From contig CBDCOX010000002.1 in NCBI GenBank assembly GCA_965219995.1, positions 1,568,001 to 1,632,000 on the forward strand: DNA of 64,000 nucleotides, written 5' to 3'. Positions 21,027 to 31,693 of this stretch are shown piece by piece. The stretch is from Candidatus Latescibacterota bacterium (GTDB lineage Bacteria > Latescibacterota > UBA2968 > GCA-2709665). Below the pieces are notes generated by a model that did no database searches, was not told the origin of the DNA, and worked only from the letters and a program-made list of their open reading frames with translations. The position numbers were made by a program, and so were the translations under genes. Every line of letters starts with the position of its first letter. Positions within the stretch are counted from its first letter, which is position 1.

Positions 21027-21058
21027 CGATCCCCCTGCAACAGGTGTTTGTCCTATTT

Positions 21059-21137
21059 GTCTGACGTTCGGCGAACATACCGACGGCAAGTCGGGTGAGG
21101 GATGGGACGGACCGAGCCGCAAGTGCTGCCGTCACCC
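21059..21137 (-). repeat. attC-like site
   Basis: R'' GGGTGAC ... R' GTCAGAC; resembles 54789-54879. Confidence 0.6.
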
Positions 21138-21230
21138 GACGCCGGGACGATCGTGCTGCACTCCATGACGCCGAGGCCGCGAACCAGCGACATCCGCTAA
21201 TCGATTCAGCCCCGCGCGTTTCACATTGTT

Positions 21231-21857
21231 TCACATCATCAGGAAGTTCCTGCCATACTGATACGCGGTCTCGAGATTTCTTGCCCTGTTGCTCGATGTT
21301 GCAAAGTGATCCGCCATACCAGGGAGGAGCGCGAACTCACAATGCTTCACACCCGCGTCAGGGCGGAGGCGATCATGGGTGTATAACCGCCTCATGGCTT
21401 CAGCAATTCCAGTCTCTTCCAAACCTTCCAGAGTATTCCCCACCGGACAGAGAACGAGAGCCCTTTCGACTGAGAGTCGAGGAAACGGATAGGTCTCCCC
21501 GGCAAACTGGTACTCGTAGGCGTATCCGCAGACCCAAACCCGGTCGAACCATCCCTTCAGCTTTGCCGGACAATCGCTCCACCAGACGGGAAAGACAAAG
21601 GCCAGGCCGTCTGCCCTGCCGATCTTGCTGTGTTCGGCCTGCACGTCCAATGGTATGGGGAGAGTGGCGCGATTGCCCTGGACGTTCATCTCGCGAACGT
21701 ACTCATCCGGACTCATCTCGCATTTGAAGTCCATTTCATACAGGTCGCCGATCTCGTATGAATGCCCTCCGTCGTCGAGTCCTCGACACAACTCGCCCAA
21801 GACCTTCCCGGTAAAGGACCCTCTCGTCGGGTGCGCAAAGACGACGTATGCATGCAT
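21231..21857 (-). CDS. NAD(P)H:quinone oxidoreductase (flavodoxin-2)
   Basis: AHP...SF, FPVWW..CPA.LKGWFDRV. Confidence 0.9.
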   Translation of the reverse strand: MHAYVVFAHPTRGSFTGKVLGELCRGLDDGGHSYEIGDLYEMDFKCEMSPDEYVREMNVQGNRATLPIPLDVQAEHSKIGRADGLAFVFPVWWSDCPAKLKGWFDRVWVCGYAYEYQFAGETYPFPRLSVERALVLCPVGNTLEGLEETGIAEAMRRLYTHDRLRPDAGVKHCEFALLPGMADHFATSSNRARNLETAYQYGRNFLMM

Positions 21858-21986
21858 AAAAAGGTTCTCCGTCAAAAGCGGTGTGGGACACGCCGCCCAT
21901 GATTTTGATATCTATCCCCGGTTGGGCGTATCGACAATCCGTTAACTGACCCCTGATGCTCGGTTAAGGGTTCGCGCCGGCGACAT

Positions 21987-22859
21987 TCATCCTCCCATCA
22001 TGTCCGGTTGAGGAAGTCCAAGTTCCTGAATCGTCCACTCAAGACCTGTAATTAGATGCGCCCTCTGCAGTTTGCGAACCAACGTTGTATGAGGCAGGTC
22101 CGGCAACCCTGCACGCGAAGCGAAATAACCCGTAACGTACGACGCCAGGTGACCCGCGCCCGCAAGGATATCCCGTGGTGGCGGTCCACCCTCGTGGCGA
22201 AGGCCGGGCAGCCAAAAGGCAATGTCGAGGTCGGGATTGCCGGAGCAGGCGTTGTTCCAGTCGATCAATACAGCCCGGTCGGCGCGAAAGCAGATATTGT
22301 CACTTCTCACGTCAAGATGGACAAGCGCCTTGCCTTCCGGTTCAACGCGATCGTGCGCCTCCAGAAGGGTGGGTAGACACTCTGTCAACCACGATTCGCT
22401 TGCAACGCGTATCGACAGGAAGGCCTCGGGGTGCTCCGCAACGTCGTGCCAACCTCTATGGGCAAAGGCCTCGCGATATTCAGGCACACTCGCCTGGCTC
22501 CCATGTATCATTGCCAGGCTGTCAAGAACCATATCGATACCTGAGGTCGTCCAGGGCGGAGGCCATAGGTTCCCGGACAGATCCTCCAATATCAGCAACG
22601 GAGGTTCCTCCTCGTCCCACGCAAGAGCGGCCGCCATGAAATCGCCGGAAAGTTGGCGATAGATCGAAATCTCGGAATGTAGCCACCTACTGGTGCGCCG
22701 GTCCGTCGCACACTTCGCAAATGCCGTGTTTCCGTCCCGGAAATTTACGATTCTTCGGCAGGCGTTTGTGTAACCTCCCTGAACCGGTAGCAGCCGGTCC
22801 ACTTCTCGTCCGGTCAGATCCGCTATTCGCGATTCAAGTACTTCGCAGCTATAATCCAT
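21987..22859 (-). CDS. APH-like phosphotransferase
   Basis: LVHLDVRSDN, LIDW. Confidence 0.85.
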   Translation of the reverse strand: MDYSCEVLESRIADLTGREVDRLLPVQGGYTNACRRIVNFRDGNTAFAKCATDRRTSRWLHSEISIYRQLSGDFMAAALAWDEEEPPLLILEDLSGNLWPPPWTTSGIDMVLDSLAMIHGSQASVPEYREAFAHRGWHDVAEHPEAFLSIRVASESWLTECLPTLLEAHDRVEPEGKALVHLDVRSDNICFRADRAVLIDWNNACSGNPDLDIAFWLPGLRHEGGPPPRDILAGAGHLASYVTGYFASRAGLPDLPHTTLVRKLQRAHLITGLEWTIQELGLPQPDMMGG

Positions 22860-22880
22860 GGCCCGCCTGAAGGAGATAAC

Positions 22881-22990
22881 AGACAACGTGGCGCCGTATT
22901 GCGTACCTCGAAGGTGATTGAACAAGACCAGCGCGTCATCCGTCAAGCTAAGGACAGGCTTTGCCGCAAAGCGGAAGCCGGTTGTCAGTC
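22881..22990 (-). repeat. degenerate attC-like site with REP-like remnant
   Basis: R'' GACTGAC ... R' GTTGTCT; internal CAAGCTAAGGACAGG. Confidence 0.45.
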
Positions 22991-23012
22991 GGTATACGGG
23001 GTTTTGCGGAGC

Positions 23013-23633
23013 CTACCGGCAGGCCTTCGACAGCGGCTGGTCCTCAGACACCGTGATATACCTCCTCGGAATTGTGATCCCCTTGTCCTTTCTGATCGCC
23101 TGCACTCCCGGAGCGACGTGCCCTCCACGGTAATCCAAAACAGGAACCAGGGAGTGGACAGTCGCACGCACGACTTCGTGCCCCGTTCGACAGTCGTATC
23201 CGAGATCCATAGCCGGGCGCCCTCGCCTGGTTACATGCTTGCACTCGAAACCGTGCGCGTGATCGACGACATACAGACCGGGAAAATTAGACCGCACCTC
23301 TATCCGAAGCAGGTAGTCGCCCACGGCATGTCGTACCATTTCAAGTGGCAGATCGCCGAAATATGACCCGCTGAGCCATTTCGGGTCCGGCGACAGCAAG
23401 CCCTCAACAAAGAAACATCCCTCGAATTCCGGCGTCAGATCGGTCGCGAGAACCGGAAGCCTTGCCCGCAGGCCTCCCGAGTCCATAATCTCGTCGAGTT
23501 TGTTCCGGTGCGTGTAGTGGTAGAATACGACGTTGCCCGCGTCGGATTTCTCGATCCTGGCAGGATCGCCTTTGTACCCGAGGTCGGCCAGGAACGTCCC
23601 CCTGCACGTAAGAAAAGTCTCGCAGACTCTCAT
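23013..23633 (-). CDS. hypothetical protein
   Basis: 206-aa ORF; FYHYT......I...GGL motif. Confidence 0.7.
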   Translation of the reverse strand: MRVCETFLTCRGTFLADLGYKGDPARIEKSDAGNVVFYHYTHRNKLDEIMDSGGLRARLPVLATDLTPEFEGCFFVEGLLSPDPKWLSGSYFGDLPLEMVRHAVGDYLLRIEVRSNFPGLYVVDHAHGFECKHVTRRGRPAMDLGYDCRTGHEVVRATVHSLVPVLDYRGGHVAPGVQAIRKDKGITIPRRYITVSEDQPLSKACR

Positions 23634-23686
23634 TATGCCAAACCAGAATTCAAGATTGAAAAGGGATGGAAACTCCGGTGTATTGC

Positions 23687-23944
23687 TCAGTTCGGCGCTT
23701 GCGCAAAGGACTCGACGGATGACGTGTACGCGAGGCTTCCGGTCTGCATCGCATTCAAAACCTTCGACAAGTCGTCACCGCCTCCTGCGACCTGATCAAG
23801 TCGATATGCTTCGCGCAGCCGCTCGAGCTCAGGATGTGAGACCTCGTATTGGAAGCCTGGCGCCGACTCGTCCGGTAACGAATCAAACTCGTCAAACAAG
23901 CGTAAGAGCCCGCAGTTTAGCCTGAACTGGTAATTCATCGTCAC
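23687..23944 (-). pseudogene. internally deleted copy of transglutaminase-like gene 17727-18623
   Basis: N-terminal ~65 aa joined directly to the last ~14 aa; flanks also homologous. Confidence 0.9.
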
Positions 23945-23979
23945 TGCCTCAAGTTATGTTGATTCTCTCTTCCCACTTT

Positions 23980-24080
23980 ATAAATCGTTCATCCGTTACC
24001 GAACCCCGGGAGCACAGCGAAGTGGGTTGCCGGAGGCCAAGCCGCCACCGGCCCCGCAGCGCAACACCGTGCTGTTAGAC
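23980..24080 (-). repeat. attC site (R'' GTCTAAC containing stop codon; R' GATTTAT)
   Basis: Family core GGTTGCCGGAGGCCAAG...GCAGCGCAACACCGTGCTGTTAGAC. Confidence 0.85.
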
Positions 24081-25523
24081 GGTGTCGCCCCCTGCATTCA
24101 GATGCTGATCAGCAAATCTTTGGTAGACATCAGAGTCCGGTTTGCTCGCGCTGTGGAGCCAATTCACTGATGTCGCCATCATATAGGGACGCCACATTGG
24201 ACTTACGATTCCGTAATTTTGGAATATCGCGACTGGGAACTTGTAGTCGTGTGCGTCAGGGTTGGCCTTTCTCTGGACAAGCTGACGCGATCTGCGCAAA
24301 AACGTGTCCAGGCCAAACGCCTTCTTGCCATATGTGAACGCCAACTTCTCCGCTTCTTCAATTCCAGACCTGTCCTCTATCTGTTGCCTCATCTCTCGAC
24401 TTGGGAGCAGCGAGAACACTTCCTCCGTCGCGTCCTCACTCGATTCAATGCCTTCCTTCGGGGCAAGGTCCGTAATCTTCCTGTCCCGCAAATTCCCGTG
24501 TTCGTGCTCAATGCCAATAAAGTTCGCGACCCATCCCACCGCTTGCAACAGAACGAAGAGCCGAGTCGTCTGACTCACAGTATCCTCGAACGCATAGTGC
24601 ATCGCGTTGGCTACGGTATTCGAATGCAATGGACGCGTGTTAATGCCTCCGGATCCTGCGTATCCCCCCTGTTTATGTCGGTGCATGAACTCACCAGCCG
24701 AAAGGAAAACTGCGTCCCAGACTGCTCCGGCAGGCACCCCAGAATCGACTATCTGACTGTACGCCATATCAGTGGCGCGATCCATCTCGCCAGCGCGAAT
24801 CTCCGAAAGCAACTCCAAAGTGGAGGTCTCATCGAAGCCTGCTCTCACCCAATCTGGCGCCAAACTCGAAGCCCTCGTGGCTCGTTCCATGTTCTCTCGG
24901 TATGGTTGCGAATCCAAGTCCCCAACGCGAGACATCAGATCCGATACGATGAATCGAAGGATTGGCTCAGAGTAGTGCCATCCCACGGTTTGGAGACTTC
25001 GCCAACAATTAGCGACAGCTATGATCTTGTGGCCGATGAAGCCCCATTCCTTCGCCCCATAGTGCCAGAGTTCCTCGATAATGTCACGCGGGCTCCACGA
25101 CCTACTCAGCCCAATCAGGGATCGCTCGGCTCGCCCTTGATCCCAGGAGTCCATCGCTTCTCTGAATTCCAGCAATGCTTTATCGCCCGTTGGGTATACG
25201 CCTTCCAGAGCGTCACGTGGCGGCTTTGCGTAATTCTCTTGAGCCCTCTTCAGGCTGTCGAGACCCCAAAAGACAGGGATGAGTCGATCTGCCCCAACTG
25301 AATCCAGGCTCATCTGATGAGCGGAATAAACCAGATACACTTCGTGATGCGTGCCTTCACAGGAACTGGCGGCAACCAGTAGGGCTGCAAGTGCCTGCCT
25401 GTACGTGAGCCCCTTTCTGAACTCGTCGGCAAGCATCTCAACCGCTCCTTCACGCGGCACATCTATCATTCGCTTGACAATGGGCTGAAGAGCCTCGCTC
25501 AGCTCTGTATGTCGTAGCGTCAT
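24075..25523 (-). CDS. hypothetical helical protein (482 aa), intact cassette
   Basis: GAGG RBS; His-rich motifs (GHK.I, LHSNT, HDYK); bounded by 16/17 complementary termini. Confidence 0.8.
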   Translation of the reverse strand: MTLRHTELSEALQPIVKRMIDVPREGAVEMLADEFRKGLTYRQALAALLVAASSCEGTHHEVYLVYSAHQMSLDSVGADRLIPVFWGLDSLKRAQENYAKPPRDALEGVYPTGDKALLEFREAMDSWDQGRAERSLIGLSRSWSPRDIIEELWHYGAKEWGFIGHKIIAVANCWRSLQTVGWHYSEPILRFIVSDLMSRVGDLDSQPYRENMERATRASSLAPDWVRAGFDETSTLELLSEIRAGEMDRATDMAYSQIVDSGVPAGAVWDAVFLSAGEFMHRHKQGGYAGSGGINTRPLHSNTVANAMHYAFEDTVSQTTRLFVLLQAVGWVANFIGIEHEHGNLRDRKITDLAPKEGIESSEDATEEVFSLLPSREMRQQIEDRSGIEEAEKLAFTYGKKAFGLDTFLRRSRQLVQRKANPDAHDYKFPVAIFQNYGIVSPMWRPYMMATSVNWLHSASKPDSDVYQRFADQHLNAGGDTV

Positions 25524-25553
25524 GGGTTCACCTCATACCTATTGGGCGATACC

Positions 25554-25645
25554 GTCTAACGTCTCGCCGGTTTGCGAACAGCGAAGGTGGTTGCCCAAGG
25601 CAAAGGCGATAGTAGCCGTCGCAGCGCAACACCGTGCTGTCAGCG
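25554..25645 (-). repeat. attC site
   Basis: R'' CGCTGAC ... R' GTTAGAC; family core. Confidence 0.85.
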
Positions 25646-25682
25646 GACGTGGCATCCTGGTCGGGCCTTACAATGCAGACCG

Positions 25683-26291
25683 CTATTCAGACAGAAACCG
25701 TTGCCAGCGATGACCCTCGGGATACAAGACTTCCAACCCGGCTCCCAACCATCTCTTTGCCTCGGCGGACATCAGCGGCAGGCAGGTCTGAAAGTCCAGG
25801 TCATCTTTCGAACGAGGATTCTTGGCTTTGTGCAGAAGCTGGACCTCAATCCGTATACAGGGAACACTCCCGTATGCAACGATCAAGTCGCCTCGCTGCC
25901 CGCCAATCAGTCTGCTGCGCTTGCTGAACCACCTGTCGCCTTCGCTTTCGGTCAACATGATCTGAAGCTGCCATACCTGTATGCCGGCATGGCCCCATAT
26001 GTCATGTATCCCGTAAGGCAAGTATTCTGATTCGGCCCATGGTCGCAATGAACCGGGCGGATCGGCCGCGTACAGATGCCAATCCGAGAGCCAGCGCTTT
26101 ACCTCGAGTTGTTGATCCCGGTACACGATGACGTCAATATCACCGTGGTCCCGTACACGGGTTCCCACGAACTGCTCTACCGCATGGCCGCCGGCGAGTC
26201 CCCACATGAAAGGAGCGTTGGCGAACAATTTCGTCAACTCCTTGACGGACAAGGGTTTCCATTGGCTGAAGGGAATCTCAGGAGTGGTCAT
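25683..26291 (-). CDS. nucleotidyltransferase (ANT(2'')/LinA-like fold)
   Basis: LAGG.A......R.HGDID, KD..DF motifs. Confidence 0.85.
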   Translation of the reverse strand: MTTPEIPFSQWKPLSVKELTKLFANAPFMWGLAGGHAVEQFVGTRVRDHGDIDVIVYRDQQLEVKRWLSDWHLYAADPPGSLRPWAESEYLPYGIHDIWGHAGIQVWQLQIMLTESEGDRWFSKRSRLIGGQRGDLIVAYGSVPCIRIEVQLLHKAKNPRSKDDLDFQTCLPLMSAEAKRWLGAGLEVLYPEGHRWQRFLSE

Positions 26292-26439
26292 ACAGTTCGC
26301 ATTCTGCGCACAAACGACGTCCGCTAATGCGCGAGCATTGCGGACGCAGCACCTTGTCGATCAGTGTATGAGATTCCTGGTACTCAGTCAACGACTCTCG
26401 CAGGTCCGTTTGGGCGAAGTGACGAAGGAGCGGAGAATC

Positions 26440-28254
26440 TTATAGATCTTCATTCGGCATCTGCGGATGTTGGGCAGGAAAGAGCGCATCCAGGAGCTCT
26501 GCCGCATCTCCTGTAAACAACATGCCCAACCGTTCGGCAATTTCACCAGGTGGTTCTTTTCCAATGATGATTTGTGCAAACTCATGACCACATTCAATGG
26601 TGTTTTCTGCTTTGCCGCCGGGCTGCACAGAGATTTCACTGTTGTCGATGGATAGCACTGCAGACTGGTCCGGGATAGAAATCTTCAATGTGCCCATGAA
26701 ATCTCCGAGACCCGATTTTCGTATACGTCGAGACAGTTCAGGTGCGATCTTACTCAGCGTCGTCTCCAGGTTGATGATGCGAATCTGGTTCCCCGTCCGA
26801 CCATTGTGGTTTCTGGCTGAATAAAGATGAGGCAACTGTCGCACGCGTCGTGCCAGCGCGCTGCGCCAGGGGAGTCGGACGAATTGCACCCTGGGTCCCT
26901 GGTATTGCCGGGCAAGTTGCCCTAAAACGCGCAGGATCTGTTCCGGATCACCGGCTGAATCCGTATGACGCAGGTCGCGTCCCTCGTGATCTTTCTCTGT
27001 ATTCGGGCCATCGTAGAGATAACCCACCGCACGTCCGGTTTTATCGTTGAAAATGTACGCTGTCCACGGATCGTCGTCTTCCGGCGGGCATTTGCCTCTT
27101 CGGTATGTTGGACGGACGGTCGTGCCGGTCAATCCGTCGTGCCATCGATTGTGAAGTTCGGCCAGGTCTCTGCGCCCGTGAATCACGTTGACATGTACTT
27201 CCTCCAGCTCTATTTCCGGCGCTGCTTCAGGCAGGTGCTCGGTGTCTATAAAATACGTCTCCTGATCCGGCCAGGCAAGCACGTAGCCGAAATTCGCAAA
27301 GCGATCGAGCGGTTCGGTACGTGTACACGACATATCATAGCCATGGGCATACATGGCGTCCAGCGCCGCCTGAATTGTTGCCGCGTAGATCCCCTCATCC
27401 CGATAGTCGGGATGCACGGTCGGCAGATTGATGCCCCCGGTCCGGACTGTTGCGCTGCCGATGCGCATCGACAGATCGTAAATGCCCGCGTGCGTGACCA
27501 CATCACCATCCATCGTTCCGATCCGCGACGTCAGCCAGTCGTAGTGACTGTGCGCGATGCGTCCTGCGCGACACTGACGGCTGATGGCGTTCCAGCGCCT
27601 ATCCAGCAACTCATAGATATCTTCGCTATGATCCGCTTTATCCGGCGCCAGGATTTCTCGCACACGGTCAATGAACCGCTCGTCCCGCGAAGGCCGGTTC
27701 TCATGTATATTGTCCTTCACCATATCGAATAGCCTTTCCTTGAGCCGTTTCCGCGCCGACCGCAAACGGTTCTTCACGACGGCGACTGACACACCCAGAA
27801 AAGCGGCCACTTCCCGCTGTGAATAATCCGAAATGTAGAACAAAGACACGGCCTGACGTTCGGTTTCGGGCAATGTGTCGATCGCTTCTCGCACAAGGCA
27901 CCGCATCTCGTTTTCTTCTGTTGTCCGATCCGGATGCCGGTCTTCCGATGCGATCTCGACAAGCTGTTCCATGGATACGATCTCGACCTTCTTTCCCCGG
28001 CGCGTGATCCGATCGCAATATTTGAACACGATCCTGCGCAACAGGGCAGGAAAAGCAAAGACATCGTACACGCGCTCCAGATTCACCCAGGCCTCTGTAA
28101 ACGCCTCCTGCGCCGCGTCCTGCGCCAGGTGAAAATCCCTCAACAACGCGAATCCGTATCCCACGGCGAGATCCTGGAAGTGTGTCACAATCTGCTCGTA
28201 GGCCTTCAGATCTCCTTGCTTCGCGCGTTCGAATATCGGTTTCAGTGTCTCCAT
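26440..28254 (-). CDS. ECF sigma-70 factor fused to Eis-like GNAT/SCP2 domains
   Basis: AQDAAQEAF, S..EVA.FLG......KNRL..AR; C-terminal GGI....VHPDYR.EG. Confidence 0.85.
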   Translation of the reverse strand: METLKPIFERAKQGDLKAYEQIVTHFQDLAVGYGFALLRDFHLAQDAAQEAFTEAWVNLERVYDVFAFPALLRRIVFKYCDRITRRGKKVEIVSMEQLVEIASEDRHPDRTTEENEMRCLVREAIDTLPETERQAVSLFYISDYSQREVAAFLGVSVAVVKNRLRSARKRLKERLFDMVKDNIHENRPSRDERFIDRVREILAPDKADHSEDIYELLDRRWNAISRQCRAGRIAHSHYDWLTSRIGTMDGDVVTHAGIYDLSMRIGSATVRTGGINLPTVHPDYRDEGIYAATIQAALDAMYAHGYDMSCTRTEPLDRFANFGYVLAWPDQETYFIDTEHLPEAAPEIELEEVHVNVIHGRRDLAELHNRWHDGLTGTTVRPTYRRGKCPPEDDDPWTAYIFNDKTGRAVGYLYDGPNTEKDHEGRDLRHTDSAGDPEQILRVLGQLARQYQGPRVQFVRLPWRSALARRVRQLPHLYSARNHNGRTGNQIRIINLETTLSKIAPELSRRIRKSGLGDFMGTLKISIPDQSAVLSIDNSEISVQPGGKAENTIECGHEFAQIIIGKEPPGEIAERLGMLFTGDAAELLDALFPAQHPQMPNEDL

Positions 28255-28560
28255 CTCGCTCCTCTGATTATGAAGGCCTTCACCGGTAATATCCCAATTG
28301 GGGTGGATTGGGTGTACTTATCCTATGTATTTTGGTCTCCTGAGAGGAACAGGAAGATCGCAAAATATTAATAAACAATGGTTTAAAAGATTCCAAAAGA
28401 CGAACGCCACATTGTGCTATTCGATGATATTGGGCCTGCCCGGAGAGTGTTCGGGGCTGGCAGTCGGAAGGAAATGAAGGGAGGGCCTAAAAAGGCTGGG
28501 TTGTTGGGGATTATTGTCAATGCCTGTTATATGTCGTCTTTTTCAGGGCGGTCAAATGTC

Positions 28561-28661
28561 GGCCTGCATTCCCGCCACTTGCTAACCCGCCCGGCTCTAT
28601 TGGCCGGGCTGCCCGCGGGACCAGGGCGAGAATGGGCCGCAGCGGCAACAAGCTGTTACAC
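28561..28661 (-). repeat. attC-like site (R' degenerate)
   Basis: GCCACTTGCTAACCCGCCCGG arm as in 57248; R'' GTGTAAC. Confidence 0.7.
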
Positions 28662-28696
28662 GATTATGATTCACAACCGACACCGGATGGTGCCAT

Positions 28697-29464
28697 TCAA
28701 GTCGGCCTTTCCTTTTGCGCTTCGATCAGGAATTTCCTTGCCGTAAACGTCAACTCATCGCCGCCATCAAGTCGATGTTGCAGGCTTAACAGGTGCTGCA
28801 TGTGGGTTTCGACTGAAAACCCGGGTACCAGCCAGGGAACAGCCTTCAAGTAATAGACCACGGCGCCCACGTCGGCGAAAGCCAGCCGGCCAGACCATTC
28901 TTCGGCAGTGAAAATGGTCAGGCCCGTCGTTCTCAATTGAGTCACAACCCTTTCAAGTGTGGATCCGGGCCATTGCGGTTTAACGTCAAACGCTGCCAGT
29001 AAGTCACAGGCCCATAACCCGTGAACCTGCTGTGTCAGGAACGTGCCGCCAGTCGTGAGAATACGGGCAACTTCATTAGGGTTGAATGCAGAGTGGCGAT
29101 TTAGAACAAGATCAAACTCGCTATCGGGAAAAGGCATCGGATCGCAATCAGTCAATCGAACATCTGCAACTTTCGCTCCCAACGGAACGAGACGATTTGT
29201 TGCCAACTTGAGGTGAGGTGCATATTCCTCCTTCGCCACAACCTCTTCAGGCCAGAATTCCTGTAAGTTCAGGAACCGCTCACCACCACCTGTACCCAGG
29301 TCAATGACAGATGAACAACGACGCAAGAGCTCGGCAGCCCGTAAAGAATAAGACCATGGCGTCTTCTCTTCGAACATCCTGCCATCCAGCCAGGAAAAGT
29401 CCCATCCCGAGAAAGGCTGTTCTTCTTCACCCTTCCACGTATCAACAAGCTTGTCCAAGCCCAT
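28697..29464 (-). CDS. class I SAM-dependent methyltransferase
   Basis: IDLGTGGGE, FDLV.NRH, GG.FLTQQV. Confidence 0.9.
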   Translation of the reverse strand: MGLDKLVDTWKGEEEQPFSGWDFSWLDGRMFEEKTPWSYSLRAAELLRRCSSVIDLGTGGGERFLNLQEFWPEEVVAKEEYAPHLKLATNRLVPLGAKVADVRLTDCDPMPFPDSEFDLVLNRHSAFNPNEVARILTTGGTFLTQQVHGLWACDLLAAFDVKPQWPGSTLERVVTQLRTTGLTIFTAEEWSGRLAFADVGAVVYYLKAVPWLVPGFSVETHMQHLLSLQHRLDGGDELTFTARKFLIEAQKERPT

Positions 29465-29678
29465 ATTGCACGCTATCCGTGAACATCGAAGGCCAAATTA
29501 TCGTTCAGGCACTCGTTTTACGTGTTGTGCATTCCCGCAGCCGCGAATCGATTAGGCGAGGGGAATGCCCGAAGTAGAAAACGCTGCTGTTACGCCACGT
29601 GGAAAAATCGAAAACATAGCCCACTCCGGTGATTCGCTTTCTTGAGGTGGCGACTTTGTTGGCAGTGTTTCACATCAC

Positions 29679-30433
29679 TCATCCAGGTCTGGTTGGTAAC
29701 TTATCTGCCATGTCCGATATCACGCTGATGCAGAGCCCCATAAGATCCTGAGCGCTTTCCACATCATACCGAGCCTCCGGATGTTGAGTTGGGTTCCGGT
29801 ATTCCACCCTCACTAGGTCGAGCGTGTCCAAAAGGTTCGCTGGAGGCTTGTTCCGTGACTTAGACCTTAGCGCGTAAACCATTGCCCCCACGTTGGATTC
29901 TCAAGGCGATTCCGTCGGATGTGGAGCCGGTAGTAGGTTCGCAATACATCCTCGGTCGCCCGGAGCCAGTGAAACGCAGCAGCAGTGCCTTCACCAAAGA
30001 GGACGCATCGACCAGCACTCCCGATATCGAATTGGGCTAGGTCAGGCAGCTTCTGAAAGACGCTGTCGCGAAAGAACTTGGCCGGCTCGTTGAGTAGCCA
30101 GGTGGTGTTATATCTTCGTTCTGGCAATATGTAGATGGACTTCGTTCTGGACTCAGCGAAGATGATCTGTTCAAGGATCGCGATGTTCGCAACAATGTCC
30201 TTGGCTCTGGGCCCGAGCAACTCAGTTGGTTCGCACTCGGAAAGCTCTGTCTTGATAGCAATTAGCTTGGCCATTCCACTGATTGACACGGTGAGGCCAG
30301 CGCCCACGATCTGTCGCTCAAGAGCTGTGATGTTCCGAACCGCATAGTCGATGTCGTTGGACGCACTGGTATGGCGAAGGTGCCTAATCAATAGACCCAC
30401 ATGAATCAGTGAGTAACTGTTTCTTGATTCCAT
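29679..30433 (-). pseudogene. HEPN/DUF4145-like protein, frameshift in G5 run at 29885-29889
   Basis: AAAFH..RA.E helix and RNPTQH (RxxxxH) split across two ORFs. Confidence 0.6.
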
Positions 30434-30497
30434 GTAATCCTCACGCTTTACGCTGGATCGGTTAAGAACGAAAACGGTGTTAAAAGAAGATCGATCG

Positions 30498-31439
30498 CTA
30501 TTCAAGACTCTCGATGTGAGGCTTTAGCGAAGAGACGAAGTTGCCCATTGCTGTAATCATGACATCCTGTATGTGAGGCCAATTGTCTTCTTCAGATTTC
30601 AGCCCGCCTTCTTCAATGACATGTCTTACCCTCGAAGCTCTTCGCTGATCCAGCCGCTCCCATTGAAGCTCCCGTCCAAACCGCTTTTCAATTTGCTCGC
30701 GCTTTGCCGCCAGCGAATCGAAGTGTCGCTTGTTCTTCTCGCCGTCGCCGGTGTCGATATAGAGTTCAACAGCTGTCCTGTGCTTTAGCCAGACCACATA
30801 ATTGAAGGAAAGACCTGACTTGCCTGCCCCGGCGCCGATCCAATGTTCTTTAGTGGGCGATCTAGAACTGTGGATGGCAACGCCATGGCTCTTGGCACGT
30901 TCCAGCAACTGTTGCCAGAATCTGATTCTAAGATGATGTCGCTCTGCAAGATCCTTCTTGGATTGACCGATGGACGTTGGCTCCTCACTAGGTCCAACAA
31001 TCACGGTGAAGAGCGGCGCGGGGTCTGAATTCCCAATCTGAAAGGCTGTCAGCTTCACCAAATAGAATGCTGTATCGGGTGGAGTCGACTCGTTCAACCA
31101 GGCGATTGCTCTTGCATGTTCTGGTCGAGCGTGACTGGTGATCCAGACCGCGGTTTTCGCATTTATATTTGAAAGATAAGTAAGAACTTGCCCAAGGTGC
31201 TTGTGATCCGTCTGTTCAATTTGGTTTTCGATCACAACCACCTCACCGCTACCATCCTCGGCAACCAGATCGATCTCGAAATCCCCCGCAGATTTCTCTT
31301 TCTGGACTTCGGCAAGTCTGATGTCGAGCTTATCAGCCAGTACTTCGATGTTTTGCTCTAGCCACTGGGAGAAACCTCGTTCTTCATTCTCCCACACTTT
31401 CCGTAGCGGCACCTCATCCAAATTTCCAATACGTGTCAT
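30498..31439 (-). CDS. DUF4268 domain protein with N-terminal PD-(D/E)xK-like domain
   Basis: IDLVAE...VVIENQ....DH.HLGQ; FW..L, W.RL....ASR. Confidence 0.85.
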   Translation of the reverse strand: MTRIGNLDEVPLRKVWENEERGFSQWLEQNIEVLADKLDIRLAEVQKEKSAGDFEIDLVAEDGSGEVVVIENQIEQTDHKHLGQVLTYLSNINAKTAVWITSHARPEHARAIAWLNESTPPDTAFYLVKLTAFQIGNSDPAPLFTVIVGPSEEPTSIGQSKKDLAERHHLRIRFWQQLLERAKSHGVAIHSSRSPTKEHWIGAGAGKSGLSFNYVVWLKHRTAVELYIDTGDGEKNKRHFDSLAAKREQIEKRFGRELQWERLDQRRASRVRHVIEEGGLKSEEDNWPHIQDVMITAMGNFVSSLKPHIESLE

Positions 31440-31693
31440 CTGTTGAAGCTCCCCCCTTGTAGTTTGGATTACGTAACCTCAGACTTTGTCGTGATTCTTC
31501 GGTCACTTCGATATGGCCAACTAGAACACGGCAAGAATGCGGAAGTTCTCTAACAATTCAGGCCTACCCTATATATACCCATCGTATCGCGTAAAAGGAC
31601 GGTACGCCGTCCGCGTTCAATGAAAGCTTCCACAAGTTCACCGCCATTCGGTGTAGAAATGCCGGGGAAGGCGTCCAAAACACGGCGACAACA

